Shown in pieces: positions 1 to 13,355 of a stretch of DNA of 61,272 nucleotides; position 1 is the stretch's first letter; each line of letters begins with the position of its first letter. The notes beneath the pieces were generated by a model, which was not told where the DNA came from, ran no database searches, and saw only the letters and a list, made by a program, of their open reading frames with translations. This DNA is from Hydrolagus affinis. Taxonomy: Eukaryota. Made by a program: the position numbers and the translations under genes. The stretch is taken from NCBI GenBank assembly GCA_012026655.1, contig JAAILG010000225.1, forward strand, positions 62,001 to 123,272, written 5' to 3'.

Positions 1-261
1 GGAGTAAGAATAAATTAATGTGACCGGACAACTTTTTTGTGAAGTGCACTATAAAATCCCCAATCAGGTCCGGAAATGGGCTGAAGACATTAGGCCTCGT
101 CAGCGGGTTGAGCTTATTGAGTATTCTATTACATAACACACTGAAAGGAAAAAGACTGATCAGCGCATTGGGGCATGTTTAACCGGGTGACCTGTACAAG
201 ACGAGTTTTCATTGCATGCCGGGATTTCTTTTTGTTGTTGTTGTTGTTGTTCACACTCCCC

Positions 262-340
262 CTGTGCAGCGCCTTGGGACATCCTCCCGACGTGAAAGGC
301 GCTCTATAAATGTAATTTGTTGTTGTTGTTGTTGTTGTTG
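262..340 (+). mobile_element. L2-type 3' terminus with (TTG)n tail. Further ~60-80 bp copies at about 2041, 2762, 17030, 33748 and 57942 (+) and 21857, 25600, 26695 and 31353 (-)
   Basis: agcgccttgggacatcctcccgacgtgaaaggcgctctataaatgtaatttgttgttg recurs throughout the window. Confidence 0.75.
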
Positions 341-1065
341 GGAAATTCAACCGAAGAGCTGCAGTTTTGTGCTTCCAAAGGAGGAGGAGCTCAATGTGGA
401 GCTTTTATGAATATTTAACTGGACCGAGTCTCTTGATGGATCGCGTTTAATGCTGTGACCCTAATTAGACACGGCATTGAAAGCCGTGAGCAGCTTCAGC
501 CATCTGACAAGCCTGAATGATCCAGAAAAATAGCCCTGGAATTTCAGAACATTCCGATTGTGACTAGTGACAACTTAAGGCCGCATCCCCTCTGATTTAT
601 TACTCGCACTGTTAAAAGTTTTCCATTCCCAATAAAACTCCGTGCCTGTACATCTCCTTTGAACCGACACATCGTATTTGTTTTCGTGGGATGAGCAGAG
701 CGTGGGGTAGGAAATGGAAACAGAAAACGCCAGTTTATCACAATTGCCTTGGACTTGTCACTCGCCCGAGTGCTGACCAGATGTGGATGATTGTTTTTTT
801 TCATGATTCCTTTTTTTGAAAAGTCTTTGTTTAGTATTGGCAGCGTCCAGCAGTTTTTGGAGCTTGTATTTCCTGCATGTGTTGCGCATCAGCCAGTACG
901 GAATTTAATATGATAGAAGCTCTTTTCCAGAAGGCTTGTTGGTTGAGACATTCCAGGACAATGACATTGCTTTATAGCTAGATGTTAAAGTTGGGGGGTT
1001 TTATGTGTGTGTGTATGAGTTTCATTTGTCCTTTTGGCCTTCATTTGTCATTCTTTTCTTTGCAG

Positions 1066-1129
1066 GTGTTTTCATTGTGCTGCACGTTTCTGATTCTCGT
1101 CACCTGAATGCGCCAAGCTTCGTAGTCAG
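1066..1129 (+). other. Candidate 64-nt non-coding 5' UTR exon of SIPA1L1
   Basis: Long pyrimidine tract ending ttcttttctttgcag|G and donor CAG|gtcggt, in unique sequence. No transcript evidence. Confidence 0.45.
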
Positions 1130-4100
1130 GTCGGTGTTCTCTGTGTCTGTCCATTCTGATTTTGTGGGTGAGGTTATGTGCCCATCGAGGTGGGGCAATG
1201 GGCTAGTGCTGGAGGATGGAGAATAGGAACATAGCAAACACAGGAAAAGGAGGCCATTCAGTCCATTAAGCCGGTTCCCCCATTTGATAGGCAGATATGG
1301 TATACACAGTGCCCTCGCTTTTGCCTTACCCCATTTATTTTTCTCTTTTCCAACCAGTGTCAGCATCACAGTCACATATAGTGTAGCCACGCACAGATCT
1401 CTAATCTGCTGTAAAAATCAGTCTTCACGCACACACATATCTGCCCTGCCTCATTTCAATAATGTGACCTCTCTCACCCCAGCCACTCTTATGCTGACTC
1501 TGTACAATGTAGATTGATTATTAGTGCTGAATGATGGACGGGTTTGTGTTGTGAGTCCCTGTCTGTCTGTCAGGCTAGTTTTAAAGTGCCTAAATTTGGT
1601 TAGCAATAAGAGCCTTACAGCTGACGAGAGACAGAACGAGCTGCCCCAGTGTTTTGGATTAGACTCTAGGCCATGACTTAGAGGTGAAAGTGCAATAAGT
1701 TTAAAATTCACTGTTACCCATTCTCATATTTCATTGGCTGCCTGTTAACCTTTCCTGATTTTCTTTTTTAAACTACTTCCAAGTAGAACAATTCATTCTT
1801 TTTAAATGCAACCAGCGACTATTTGTGAAGGAAAGATGGACTGACATTGCTATTTCTGCTATTTTAGAACCAGGATTAACAGCTTCAATGTGTCCCATAC
1901 ATTTTTGATACACAGTAGTGCAGTAAAAGTCACATAAGTCTGATCTGTATAAACTCCCAAGTCATACATCTGCCTGTCTCATTCATGTGTTTATATGTGT
2001 TTATATATAAACATATAATATGTTTATATTTGAGAATTCCAGCGCCTGGGGGCATCCTCCTGACGTGAAAGGCACTATACAACTAAAAATACAATTTTTC
2101 TTGTTGTATATTCTATGCAAGTTTGACACAACTCATACTTTGCATAAGTTATATTTAATGTCTTGCTTCAACTGATGCAACTTGTATGAGGTTTTCTGTA
2201 ATTCACTCCTGATCAACTTTAATGCAGCGTTCAGTTAGTCGGAGGCACCAATCATCATGAAGTACATGTATTTTTCATCTGCAATGCTCATTACTGTCGT
2301 TTTTCAGTTCTGAAGCTTTTAAATACTTGTGTTGCTGCTGCTGCTGCTGCTGTGGGCGTCAAGCGTGCACTGATTTCTGGAAGGTTTAAAGGTTAAATAC
2401 TTGGCATTTGTTAGCATTTTGAGAATGCCAGGACGAAGGGGGAGACAACCTTTCCATCTGTTGGCGGAAGCCAAGGCAGAGAGCAGGGCTGTTTATGTAA
2501 CCCTTTCACCGGCACAGAGCTGCAGTATAATTTGGTTTCCAATTGAACTTTCCCAACATCGCACACTGAGAGAGGAAACTGTATTCATCCGACCAGCAAA
2601 AGTTGGCGAATGGCTTCTGGTATGGTTACTGGTCCAAACTCAGCAATGTCTGGTTGCACTTTCTGTTCGAACTCTTAATTGCAAACTTTCAGTAAATTTG
2701 AAGGTAGGAATTTTTTTTTTAAATTGAACATAGCATTAAGTCAATGCAACGCAGGAATGTCACCAGTTTGGGACGTCCTCCCAATGTGAAACGGCCTTTA
2801 TATACAGATGCAATTCATTGTTATCAGAAGGCCTGTGAGCCTGCGTGGATTTGATGGGTTGAATGGCGTTCTTCTGCGCTGTAGATTCTTGTTGTCTTGC
2901 AAGTGCTAAAATTGTGTTACCTTGGCATGCAACAATTTGTTGGTTTGGATTCCCTCCCTCTCTCTCACTCTCCTTCACCTCCTTCACCCTTCCCACGCAT
3001 TAGTGGTTGCAAGACGCAATGGTAATATTTTTCTTTATCCCCCAGTTGTCTGTGACACAAGTGTGAAGGTAAGGCACTTCTTAGAGAGTTTTTAAGCCCT
3101 TTGGGTCTGCCCCAACATGGAAAATGAATTTGTGAATGCAGTACCTAGTCTTAATAGAGCCGGGCCATGGTTTAATAAATACAGTCTGTCAAAGTGTATA
3201 TAATCGATTTCCCACAACAGGAGTGCGCTTAATTCTGCACTGCAGATCTTTTCAACGTGTTTGTGTTAGCCTGAAGTGGCAGCTGCTTAAAATGGAATTG
3301 TGTGAATGAACAGAAGCACGTGCGGCAAAAAGGTAGCGGTTTGTCACTGAATTAGGAATTTTATATCTGTACCTAACTGGTATTGCCCTAACCTTTTTCA
3401 TCTTTACTAGCAGATTTCAATGTGTGCAATGCATAATTAGCATGTTTGTACGCTGATTGCCAAAGATGATATCTTCACTTTTCAGGGCTATAGGATTATG
3501 GATTAGAATGATAATAATCCTTGCATTGGGTATAGCATCGTTGAAACTCCTCAAAGTGCTTCCTAGGATATACTACAAAGTGGATTGACGTATGTGTTTA
3601 TGCGAGTGTGTGTGTTTGTTTGTCTGTGTTTGGTTATTTGGTATAATGCACTATAAAGTACTCAGTGGAATATACCTGGGGAGGGTGGGAAACAACTTTA
3701 TGTCTTTATTGTCTTTGTTAACCAACTTTATGAAGGGGTAGGGAATCGCCAGTCAGCGGTGAACATCACTAACTGCATGACCATTGACATTACTCTGCGT
3801 ATGTGCAGAAAGCTGGCCAGCTTCCCACACTGAAAAACAGTCAACTTCCCAATCGTCTGGTTGCCACCGAATGTCACTCTCTCGCTCAGTGAAAAGCCTT
3901 TCCTACTCACACACATGAGCTAAATTGCACACAGTTACTTCTGCTCACATGCAGTGCAGTGGAAGTGACATTGACCATGACCTGATAACCTTTTGTGTCA
4001 GTAGGTGGGTTGTCAGTGGGTTTAATGACACATGTCTGGTAAGCAAACAAACATGTGTTGTAACAGGGTTCTGCCATCCTTCGTGTTATTGCAATCAATG

Positions 4101-4865
4101 TGGCCAGGAGTTTATCGTCTGTTCCTAATTAAGCCCCACACTATCTTCAGATCTGTGCCATCGTCTCTTTTCCCGCAGTCCCTTCCAGTTTCTTGTTTTC
4201 AAACTTTGCTGTGAGCAGAACTGAAACGCGTTTCGTAGTCGCAGGAATCTGCATACTCCCACGTATGTGCAGCAGTCACAATAATAATGCAAAGCTTTGG
4301 GCTTCCACCCAGCTGATTTAACATACAAATCTGCTTCAGCGCCATTTTTGCTCCTTTCCTCAGTCGTACATTTGAATGTCACTCGCCTGTGCGACAGATG
4401 TTGACATGCTACATGTTGAAAGACCATGAATGAGAAAACTGAGCCAAATACTACCCTAATATTGAAGCATGTGGGAAAGGGCAAATTCAATGACTGCAGA
4501 ACTGTGTCTTCACAGTACTGTACTTCACTTAATAAGTGTGACAGTGTGTGAAGTATCTGTGATCTAATGCAGGAACAAGTAAAGACATTGCTGTTCAGTA
4601 ATCCTACACTCAAGGATGTTAATCACAGCATTAATTTAGTACCCTTGTTTTTTTTTGACTGCTCTCTGCATAAAATGTGGGCGTTTAATCTGCCGTAATG
4701 TTTTTCCATTCCTAGCAATTATCCCACACGATTTGAATTTTTCAGGTTGTTTTCACCATACCTCTGCTCTCGTTCTTTCTCTTACTCTTTCTGTCTCTCT
4801 CTGTGAAGGTGGAGGATGTCTCCCCCGCTTCTTTTTCCTGCCAGTCTTCCATCCTCCCAGTTAAC

Positions 4866-5200
4866 AATAATCCTTGCATTTGATACAGAGTCTTATAATT
4901 TCGTAGAAACATCTCAAAATGCTTCATCGATTATACTTTAAAGTGGATTGTCTGTGTACTTTGTGGGCAAAATGCGGCAGCCAATTGAACACAGCAGGGT
5001 CCCACACAGTCGTGGGTTGAGTGACCACAATTTTTGGGGGAGGGATTATTACCCCCAGAAAGCGATCCACCAATGGACTAACAACCAAATTTCTCTTTAT
5101 TGCTGGGTAAAACAGAGGCATGTGGAGTAAGGAACCTTGCCTATGGTTTTACCATCCGGATCTTCTCGCTTGCGAGGCTAGCGCTGTAACCACCACACTA
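4866..5200 (-). mobile_element. Deu-SINE, older subfamily with a longer central segment
   Basis: Reverse-complement tail aataatccttgcatttgata, plus the extra segment ttattgctgggtaaaacagaggcatgtggagtaagg shared with 20057-20415, 22733-23035 and 59240-59513. Confidence 0.75.
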
Positions 5201-6317
5201 CGTGATTCCACCTGGACGCTGCCTTTTGAGATAACAGAGGCTCTGTAATTTTCAGCTCTCTCCTTTCCTGAAGATGCCCAACTCCGTTGTTCTTTCCACC
5301 GGGGGTACAGTTCGAATATAGCTTTTATCTTAAGCTAAATAATAAGGTCGCTCTTACATCACCTGGATGATTAGCCTCCGAAATAGACAGTAGCAGTCAA
5401 AGCCAATTTTAGAAAATGATTTTAATCGTATGAATTGTGGCTCTTGTGCCCAGCACATTAATGCACAGAACATCTCAAAGCGTGTGTGGGTGGAATTAAG
5501 CATGTTTTACAAATGAAGGGAACAGTTTCCTAGGACCCAATGTGATATCATTTCTGAACACAATATTGTATAACCTAGTGGTGCAAAAAGTGTAGTGCAC
5601 AGTGCAGCAGTGCCTTCAACTCTGCACCATCCTCACCATAACCTGTGAGAGGGAAACTCTTAAATGCCTTGGCACATCACCCTGATATACAAGTAGCTGT
5701 GTAAAAGTACATAATATGTACTGTATGTACTGTACTGTAGGATTAACTGCAAATATGCCAGTATTCTGAGCATCCATGAAAAAATATAAAAATGCTATCA
5801 TAATAATATAAAAATATAGAATGTTTTTGGTGTATGATCACGTCAACACCCATATTCTGTTTCATGAAGGTCCTTGCTGATGTTGTTTGAGATTAGAGCT
5901 GTACAATGTGAATAGGACTATTGAGAATAGGTGTGCATTGTGGTTGCCACACCTAATCTGATGAGTAGCTGTATTGTACGAAACACAATCACTCTGACCT
6001 CATGACACACAGAACTTATCAAAAGAATGTTACCATCATTCTTTTGGCCAAATAAGCATGGTATTTTTCTGATTAACAATTCCAGGCTTCATCAGCACCT
6101 TTGGGGAACTGGTGGCAGCATTTGTTCTATTTATAGTCTCGGCTGAAATCCTAAATGCTAGGATTGAAATTCTAACGATCCTTACAAGTAATGCACTCCA
6201 TCACGTTGAAACGTGTGATAGTGCTTCACAGTTTTCTGCCAAGGGCTGTCAGTGATTGTCTTTGTAGGAGCACAATTATGAATTGATTGACCAATTTTTT
6301 TTATTTGATTGGAATGT

Positions 6318-6640
6318 GGAGCTCCTGTAGCTCAGTGGTTAGAGCACTCGCCTTACAAGCGTGAGACCTGTGTTCGAATCTAGGCAGATCAGGGCAAAAC
6401 CTTGGGCATGTTTCCTTACTCCACACGCCTATTAATAATCCGTCCCAAAAAACCCACAATAATGAAAATTGGTCATTTTCAATCCACGACTGTTTGTGGG
6501 AAGCTGCTGTGCGCAATTGGCTGTCGCGTTTCACCCACAAATATACAGTCAATTCGCTTTACAGTATAATTTGTGAAGCACTTTGAGACATCGATAAGGT
6601 GTGAAAAGCGCTATATCAAATGCAAGGATTATTATTATTA
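6318..6640 (+). mobile_element. Full-length tRNA-derived Deu-domain SINE
   Basis: A-box tagctcagtggttaga, B-box gttcgaatc, Deu-like core gtttgtggga..gctgtgcgcaattggctg, L2-like tail ending tgcaaggatt(att)n. Confidence 0.88.
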
Positions 6641-9198
6641 ATGTTGGGCCAGGACACTGGGGGAATCTACGCTTGTCGATTTGTGCTGTGAGATACATAC
6701 TTGAATGAGCACACTAGACCATTATTATAATAATAATAATTTATTGAGGCTACCACCCAGTGAATAAGGTGCTCGTTCAAATGTAATTACTGTTATAACA
6801 GTCTTCTCTAAACCTATTCCCCTGCTTTTTCCTGCGGCCTTCGAATATTATTTATTTGCCCCGCGATATGTTATGATGGGAGGGAAAGATTTATTAGATA
6901 TCTTTGGATAAGCCGTTTAATGTAGAGAAGGAAACAAATCAATACCAACATTTCGTTCCTTCCACTCAGCCCTGATTGAAGACAATATTTAATTTCCCAC
7001 CGCCGGAATCATTGTCAATGGATTCTCTTTTTTAAAAAAAGAAATCTTCAAACATTTTAATCAATGCGTGTCTCTCTACCAAGAGTTGAAATGAATCTTT
7101 TTCAAGCGTTTTAATTTTCTTGATGCAGTTCTGCGCTGAGCAGGCTATAATTGTCTTGGAACTGAAAATGTTTTCTTGAGATTGCTGGGTCACAGAAGGT
7201 TAAATTGAGTAAAATTGCATTTGCACTCTTGAAGTGACTCATAATTTTATGTCGGACTTTTCTCACTCAGTGGAGTGTAAATAGTGGGACTTTAAAAAAA
7301 AAAGTCCTAGTTATCTCGGTTTCACCAGATCCCATCCTTTCCTTTGCATTCCATAGCTGTCTTTTTCATTCAGTGAGGAGGGTGGTCTCAAATAGCTTGC
7401 AAAGTTCTGGACACTCCTGGCTTGAACAGCAAAGGTACTGATTCTGGGCATTCACTTGATGATGTTTGTGGAATATTGCAAATTCACTGCTGCCTTTGCC
7501 TACAAATTCAGGGCAACACTTTGAGACAACGGGTTGGGATCAGGAGGGGTAGAGGTAGGTGGTAGGAGGGTGACCGAAGGCACGATCAAAGGGGAATGTC
7601 TTGAGATGGGCCTTGAAAGAGGCAAGGGAGGAGGCAAGAGAACAAATGAATTCTAAAGGGAGGGAGCAGAAAGGCTTAAGGCTTATAGGCCTGACTGCTG
7701 ATGAAGAGGCAAGCTAGGAGAGGGGTAGACATTGGTCATTCACTTCCTGGCTGGCTGTGGGACGTTGCTCTGTGCCAATTGGCTGCCAGTCTCCATACTT
7801 TTACAGAAAGCTGACATACTTTAGATATGTTTTCCCGCAATATTGTACCACAATAAATGCAGGGATTATAGTAAACAAATGTTTTGCTTGAAAACAGTAC
7901 TGAGGCAATCGAGGGACAGGTGCAGACTGTGAATGAATATTCATTCCATCAGACATAATGGTACAGCGCTGTTGGATGTTACCCTGAGTGAAGGGCGCCA
8001 AACAAAGGCAAGTTGGTGTTCTTTGAGATGTTTCAGTGGCACGATAAGGTGCTGTATTAAATGCAAGGATTATTAATGCTGTTGTCAGCAGATTATTCTC
8101 CTGTTGTTTCACCATAGCTACTGTTTTCTGTGCCGGGGCTTCAAGAATCTGCAGCTGCACAGACCTCCAGGTGTCCTGCAGTTTCCCAGGCAACATTGAG
8201 TGCACTGAGAGGGGCTCTCAGCCTCCTTGTCTGTATTTGAAAGGTAGTTTTACCAAAACTTGAATAGGCCTTATTTAATAGGCTTTTTATTTATAGTGTC
8301 TATAGGGCAGGTATCCTGGTCTTCTGCTCACAGATCTTCGAAGATTTGTTCTTTCACCCACAGCTGTATTTCTCTGTGCATAAAATGGCTTCCGGGTTTA
8401 TCCACAAAAAGCAGTCGTAACATTTTGAGAGGCGATTCTTTTGAAGCAGTTCGAGACCTTTTTTTTTCCTATGATGCCACTTTACAATTGCATCTTTTTC
8501 CATGACAATTGCAGTTCTGCACCCCAGTCCAAACGAACCCTTAAAAGTTTTCGTAAATCTTTTGTTTTAAAACGTTGCATTTCCCAACCTTGATCTCCCT
8601 CAACCTCGATGAGCACGACAGTTTCACAGAGAGGAGATCAATTTGGCGGAAAGAAAATCTCTCTTAAGACCGACCCTGTAATTTTCCTTTTTTAAAAAAA
8701 TGATGGTTCAGCCAGAGCCAAGAACAAACCAAACTAGACGTGTTCTCCAGATATATGTCCTTTGCTGAACTCGAGGAATAGCTGTGCTAATTGACATGCT
8801 CGTTTCTGTCAGAACCAGTCTGAAAAATTGCCTTCAGCCTCCTCACCACCCACTCCCATCTCCCTCCCAGCTCAGGCACCCACTCTCTTTATAAAGTGCT
8901 TTGAGATCATTTCGTACATTGAAAGGGACCTATAGAAGTACAAATTATCAGTCTGGCTCAGTGGTAGCTCTCTTGCCTCTGAGTCACAAAGATTATGTTG
9001 AATCCTGATCAGGGCTGAGTATTAATTTGTTATAGCACCGTATCAGATTGTCAAAATGTCACAAGGATTTGGTGTTAAGTGCAGTAACAATATATTTATC
9101 GATGAATGTGACAGCCAATATGCAAACAGCATTGTCCCATGAACAGCCATAAAATGAACAATCAATTTTATTTGAGGGATTGTTAGCCTTTGCATAAA

Positions 9199-9525
9199 AG
9201 CTCCTATGGCTTAGTGGTTAGAGCACTTGTCTTACAAGCTGGGGAGACTAAGCTGGGGAGACCTGCGTTTGAATCCAGTTCAGGCGAAACCTTGGGCAAG
9301 TTTCCTTACTCCACATGCCTAATAATAATCCGTCCAAAGAAAACCACAATAATAAAATTGGTCATTTCAATCCACAACTGTTTGTGGGACATTGCTGTGG
9401 CTGCCACGATTCACCCACAAATACACAGTCAATTCACTTTACAGTATATTCGGTGAAGCGCTTTGGGACGTCGATAAGATGTGAAAAGCGCTATATCAAA
9501 TGCAAGGATTATTATTATTATTATT
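9199..9525 (+). mobile_element. Deu-SINE, subfamily with a duplication in the tRNA head
   Basis: Same architecture as 6318-6640, with aagctggggagac tandemly duplicated. Confidence 0.85.
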
Positions 9526-11448
9526 AAAGCTAACAATCGCTCAAAGTCCCCTTAACTTTCTGAATAGAGCCATTAGATTTTTTAACGTCCATCTGAGCGG
9601 GCAGATGTGTGTAACATATCACCTCAGGCAATGTGGCGCTCCCCCAGAACTGCATTATTGTGTCAGGCGAGATTATGAGCTCAAAGTCCCAAAACGACAA
9701 CTTCTGACTTGCATGCAAGAGTGCTACCAGCTGCGCCAGGCTGGAATCTTGCTACAGTCAATAATAGAATATGCCAGTCTGCACAAGAAGTAATGGAATC
9801 AGACCAGTTGGAGGAAGTTATAAAATCACATCAAGAGGCAGTTAATGGGCCATTAATAGATGGTGAAATGGTGCTAATGGGAGCTTTAGGAACAAACAAA
9901 AGCAGATGTCACAAGGTGTGAAATTCTAAACCGAAATATTAGTTTGCTCTTCTCGTTCGGTTGCTGTGTAAATTGTGAGTCACAACAACTTGCCTTTATA
10001 TAGCGCCTTTTACATAGGATAATGTCTCAGAGTGCAATACAGTGGAATGATTGGATGCTGAGTTTTGAGGAAGGGGTGACTATAGATGTAGTCTAAGAGT
10101 TGAGTTTTAAGGTAGGATTTGAAGATCAATAGAGAGGAGACAAGATGGAGGAAGGGAAGCAGAGAATTGCATAGATTAAGGGGGTGAGGCCGAGGAGTGG
10201 GGAATGTACATAGGGCTGCGGAGGGGTGAGATATGAGATCAGAGAGATAGGAAAGTGCCAGGGCATGAAGTTACAATATTGTTTTCATCCCACTTGAGGA
10301 AGGATGCGAGGGCCATAGATCGAATATGCAAAGGAGATTTACAAGGACATCACCAGGGATGAGTGGTTTGTCCCATCAGCAAACACTGGAGAAACGCTTT
10401 GCAGAATGAACTGGCTCAAGAGGCCAGATAGCACGCTGGAGTTGCTTCCGATTGGCGTCTGAGATGACTTTTTTGCCATTAAAGGGATTGTATGACGGTG
10501 ACCTCTGCAAAAGCCAATGTAACACTGAAATGATTGTTTTTGATTCAGTCCAATTTGGTGTGACTGTATTGGCCTTTGGCTGCTGTTTTTGTCAGACAGT
10601 AAGTCAAGAGATAAATCCCGCACGCACATCAGCAAACCTGGTGTTAATGGAGATGTGCTGGATGCACTTATCCGGTAATAGACATTTGAAGGGTTTCCTG
10701 TGAGGCTGTGGGACTGAGACAGAAAAATTAGGTGCAGATAACATGAATAACATGAACCGAAGAGTTCTGGTGCAGGGTCAGACCTGAAACTTGAACTGAA
10801 CTTTTTTCTTCTTCTTTCAAGATGAATGCTATCCGTTTCCAGAGGTTTCTGGTTTTCTCACTGGAGTATAATGAACTGCTCACGTGAAATATGATGCCCA
10901 TTTGGGAAGCTTCTTTCTAAAGAGGCGGCAAAGTATTTTATTCAGCACAGTGAACTAATTGGGAGGGGTGGGGTGGGGGGTGGGGTTGGGGGTGCAAGGC
11001 TGTTAGTGTTTTCTTATTCTGTCGGCCAAATCTTTTGAGATCCGTTACTGCTTGAATTATTCAAAGTGGTGCAAAGGCCGCAGGGTCCAATAAGCACTCT
11101 TTTCCTGTCTGTGGCAAGAGGTTTTTTTTGCTCCTTTGTATTGCTTTGGAGAATTGGAAGTCATTATCCTGAAAGGTCCCGAAAGGAGAACAAGTGGAAG
11201 TCTTAATTAGTTTGCACGTTCAATTTAGTCAGCATCCTGTGTTGTTCACATCGAGGAGGAAAGAGCGGAAATGTGACGCTGTACTGGAGCTCATAGCACT
11301 GTGGAGTGGCTGGGTGCTGATGGACTGCGCGCCATGCATTTACCAGTATCAACATGGCTAGATGTCTTAGACAGCCACGTGTAACTTCATCCTTTTTTCA
11401 AACAGTACCAATCGCTCCCAAAATACACAGTCAATTCACTTTACAGTA

Positions 11449-12184
11449 CAGTAGAAGCCCGTTTATCTGTTTACCCGCGGGACCTGGCCAATGCCGATTA
11501 AAGCGCCTGCCGGATATTTAGGCGGCTCGCGGCCAAAAACCCACTGTAAAAAAATTAAAGTTCTTTTAACACACACAATACATACCAGACTAAATAATAA
11601 CAGATAATAGCAGAATATTATATTGGTATTTATTGTTAAAACTACTCTCTTGCGCTTCTCACCTTTACTGATTGAGGTTTACAGTCCAGCGATTCTTTTT
11701 TAAATGGAGCCAAGCGGGTGAAAACGACAGTGCGATTTCAAAGTCGCACGACTTTACTAGCTGCAAGCCGAAGCCCTAGACTCCATGAGCGGCAAACCCA
11801 AATACTGCACCTGCACGACAATGTGGGTTATCGGCTAGCGTTATCGGCTTGCCGCTAGTATGACTTTAAAGTCATACGCGCTCCGTTTTTTTCACCCGCT
11901 TGGCGTGCTCCATTTTAAAAAGAATTGCTGGACTATAAACCTCAACCGCAGCATCGTGGCTTCAAGCGCAGCATCTACCAGCAAAGATATAAAGCCGAAG
12001 AGAGTAGTTTTAACAATAAGTACCAATACAATATTCTGTTATTATGTTATTATTTATGCATTTACAAATGCTCCACTGCTAGTGTTCCGGATAAGTTCTG
12101 GTTTATCGAATGCGGACTTTTTTTTGGTGTGCCGGTTATACGGAAGTGCAGGTGCATCGAGTCACGGATAAACGGGCTTTACTA
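11449..12184. mobile_element. Non-autonomous Tc1/mariner-pogo (Tigger-like) MITE with an internal inverted repeat, nested in a SINE tail
   Basis: TIRs CAGTAGAAGCCCGTTTATCTGT / ACGGATAAACGGGCTTTACTA; TA TSDs at 11447-11448 and 12185-12186; the flanks rejoin to the SINE sequence ttacagTAtattgtgtgaagcgc. Confidence 0.85.
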
Positions 12185-13224
12185 TATATTGTGTGAAGCG
12201 CTTTGAAACGTCTCAATGATGGTGTAATCAATTCCAAGGATTTTCATTAATAAAAGCTGTTAAGGGTTTGATCCACTCAATAGAATACATGTGATAATAT
12301 TACTCTGCCAACCAGTGATTTTGCGCATGTTTGTAAGCACTATTGGGGCTTTGGACTGAGGGCACATTTGGCACCTGTACATTTCAAATTGAAACCGAAC
12401 TCAAGGATATAGAGATTGCTGTAGAAATAGTCCTTGCATTTAATACAGCACTTTATCACATCTTCAAGAGATCTCAAAGCGCTTCACAGAATATACTGCA
12501 AAATGAACTGGCTTGTATTTTGTGGGCAGTTTTGTTGTGAAGTGGAAACTCTTTCAAGAGCTGTTTTTAGCGCTTGCTGCTTGTCAGCCCTGTTAATGGG
12601 GCTCCTGCAAAACAATTCTTTCATGTGTCTTGAGACACAACAGGCAGTCTGATTGGAACCGGTAACGTCATGATCATGGTTTGAAAGAAAATTTTAAAGG
12701 CTCCTTGTGCTGTTCTGCTTGTTAAGAAATTCCTTTATTATTAATGATTTTCATAACATGTGGTTTGATCATGTCACAAATCCATAATTTCCCCAAATTG
12801 AAATTTGACAAAATTCCAACCTGACCCACAAGCTTCTGTCTGCTCTCATCAGATGTTGTAGACCCAAATCTCTATTCAAGTTATTAACTTGGTACCATAT
12901 AGAGTGGAACCCTGTTATAATGTGTGTGTGTGTGGGCGGGGGGTGGTGGGGGAGAGAGAAATCTTTCTAATATTTTATGCTGCTTTGTTATGGAGCTGTA
13001 TTTGTAGTTCTTTGCCCTGATCTAAGGTAATGGAGACCAGGGACACTGGGACTGACCAACTGACGGGAACCGAACCCTATAGCTCAACAAAGACTGGGGG
13101 AACCATGAACAGCCAAATGGCATCAGGATAATTAATGTAGGACTCTCTCTCATTCTCTGTCTGTCTGTCTCTCTCATCTTTATACCTCTCCCGGAAGATG
13201 GAGAAGAGAATTAGATCTTTATTT

Positions 13225-13355
13225 AGGAAGAACAGGTCTGTTAGGTTATGGGGGGAGAGCTGGGCAGTTGGATTCAGTTGCTCTTTTCAAAGAGCTGGCA
13301 CAGACTAGATGGGCCGAATGGCCTCCTTTTGTGCTGTAAGATTCTTTAATTCTAT
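13225..13355 (+). mobile_element. CR1 3' end fragment
   Basis: agagctggcacagactagatgggccgaatggcctcc...attctatg; homologous to 31500-31600. Confidence 0.75.

Noticed and set aside
6318-6400. tRNA-like sequences with A and B boxes
   Set aside because: These are SINE heads joined to a Deu core and tail, not tRNA genes.
10961-10993. G-quadruplex-like G runs (also near 29442-29476 and elsewhere)
   Set aside because: G tracts are common throughout this window and nothing indicates specific function.
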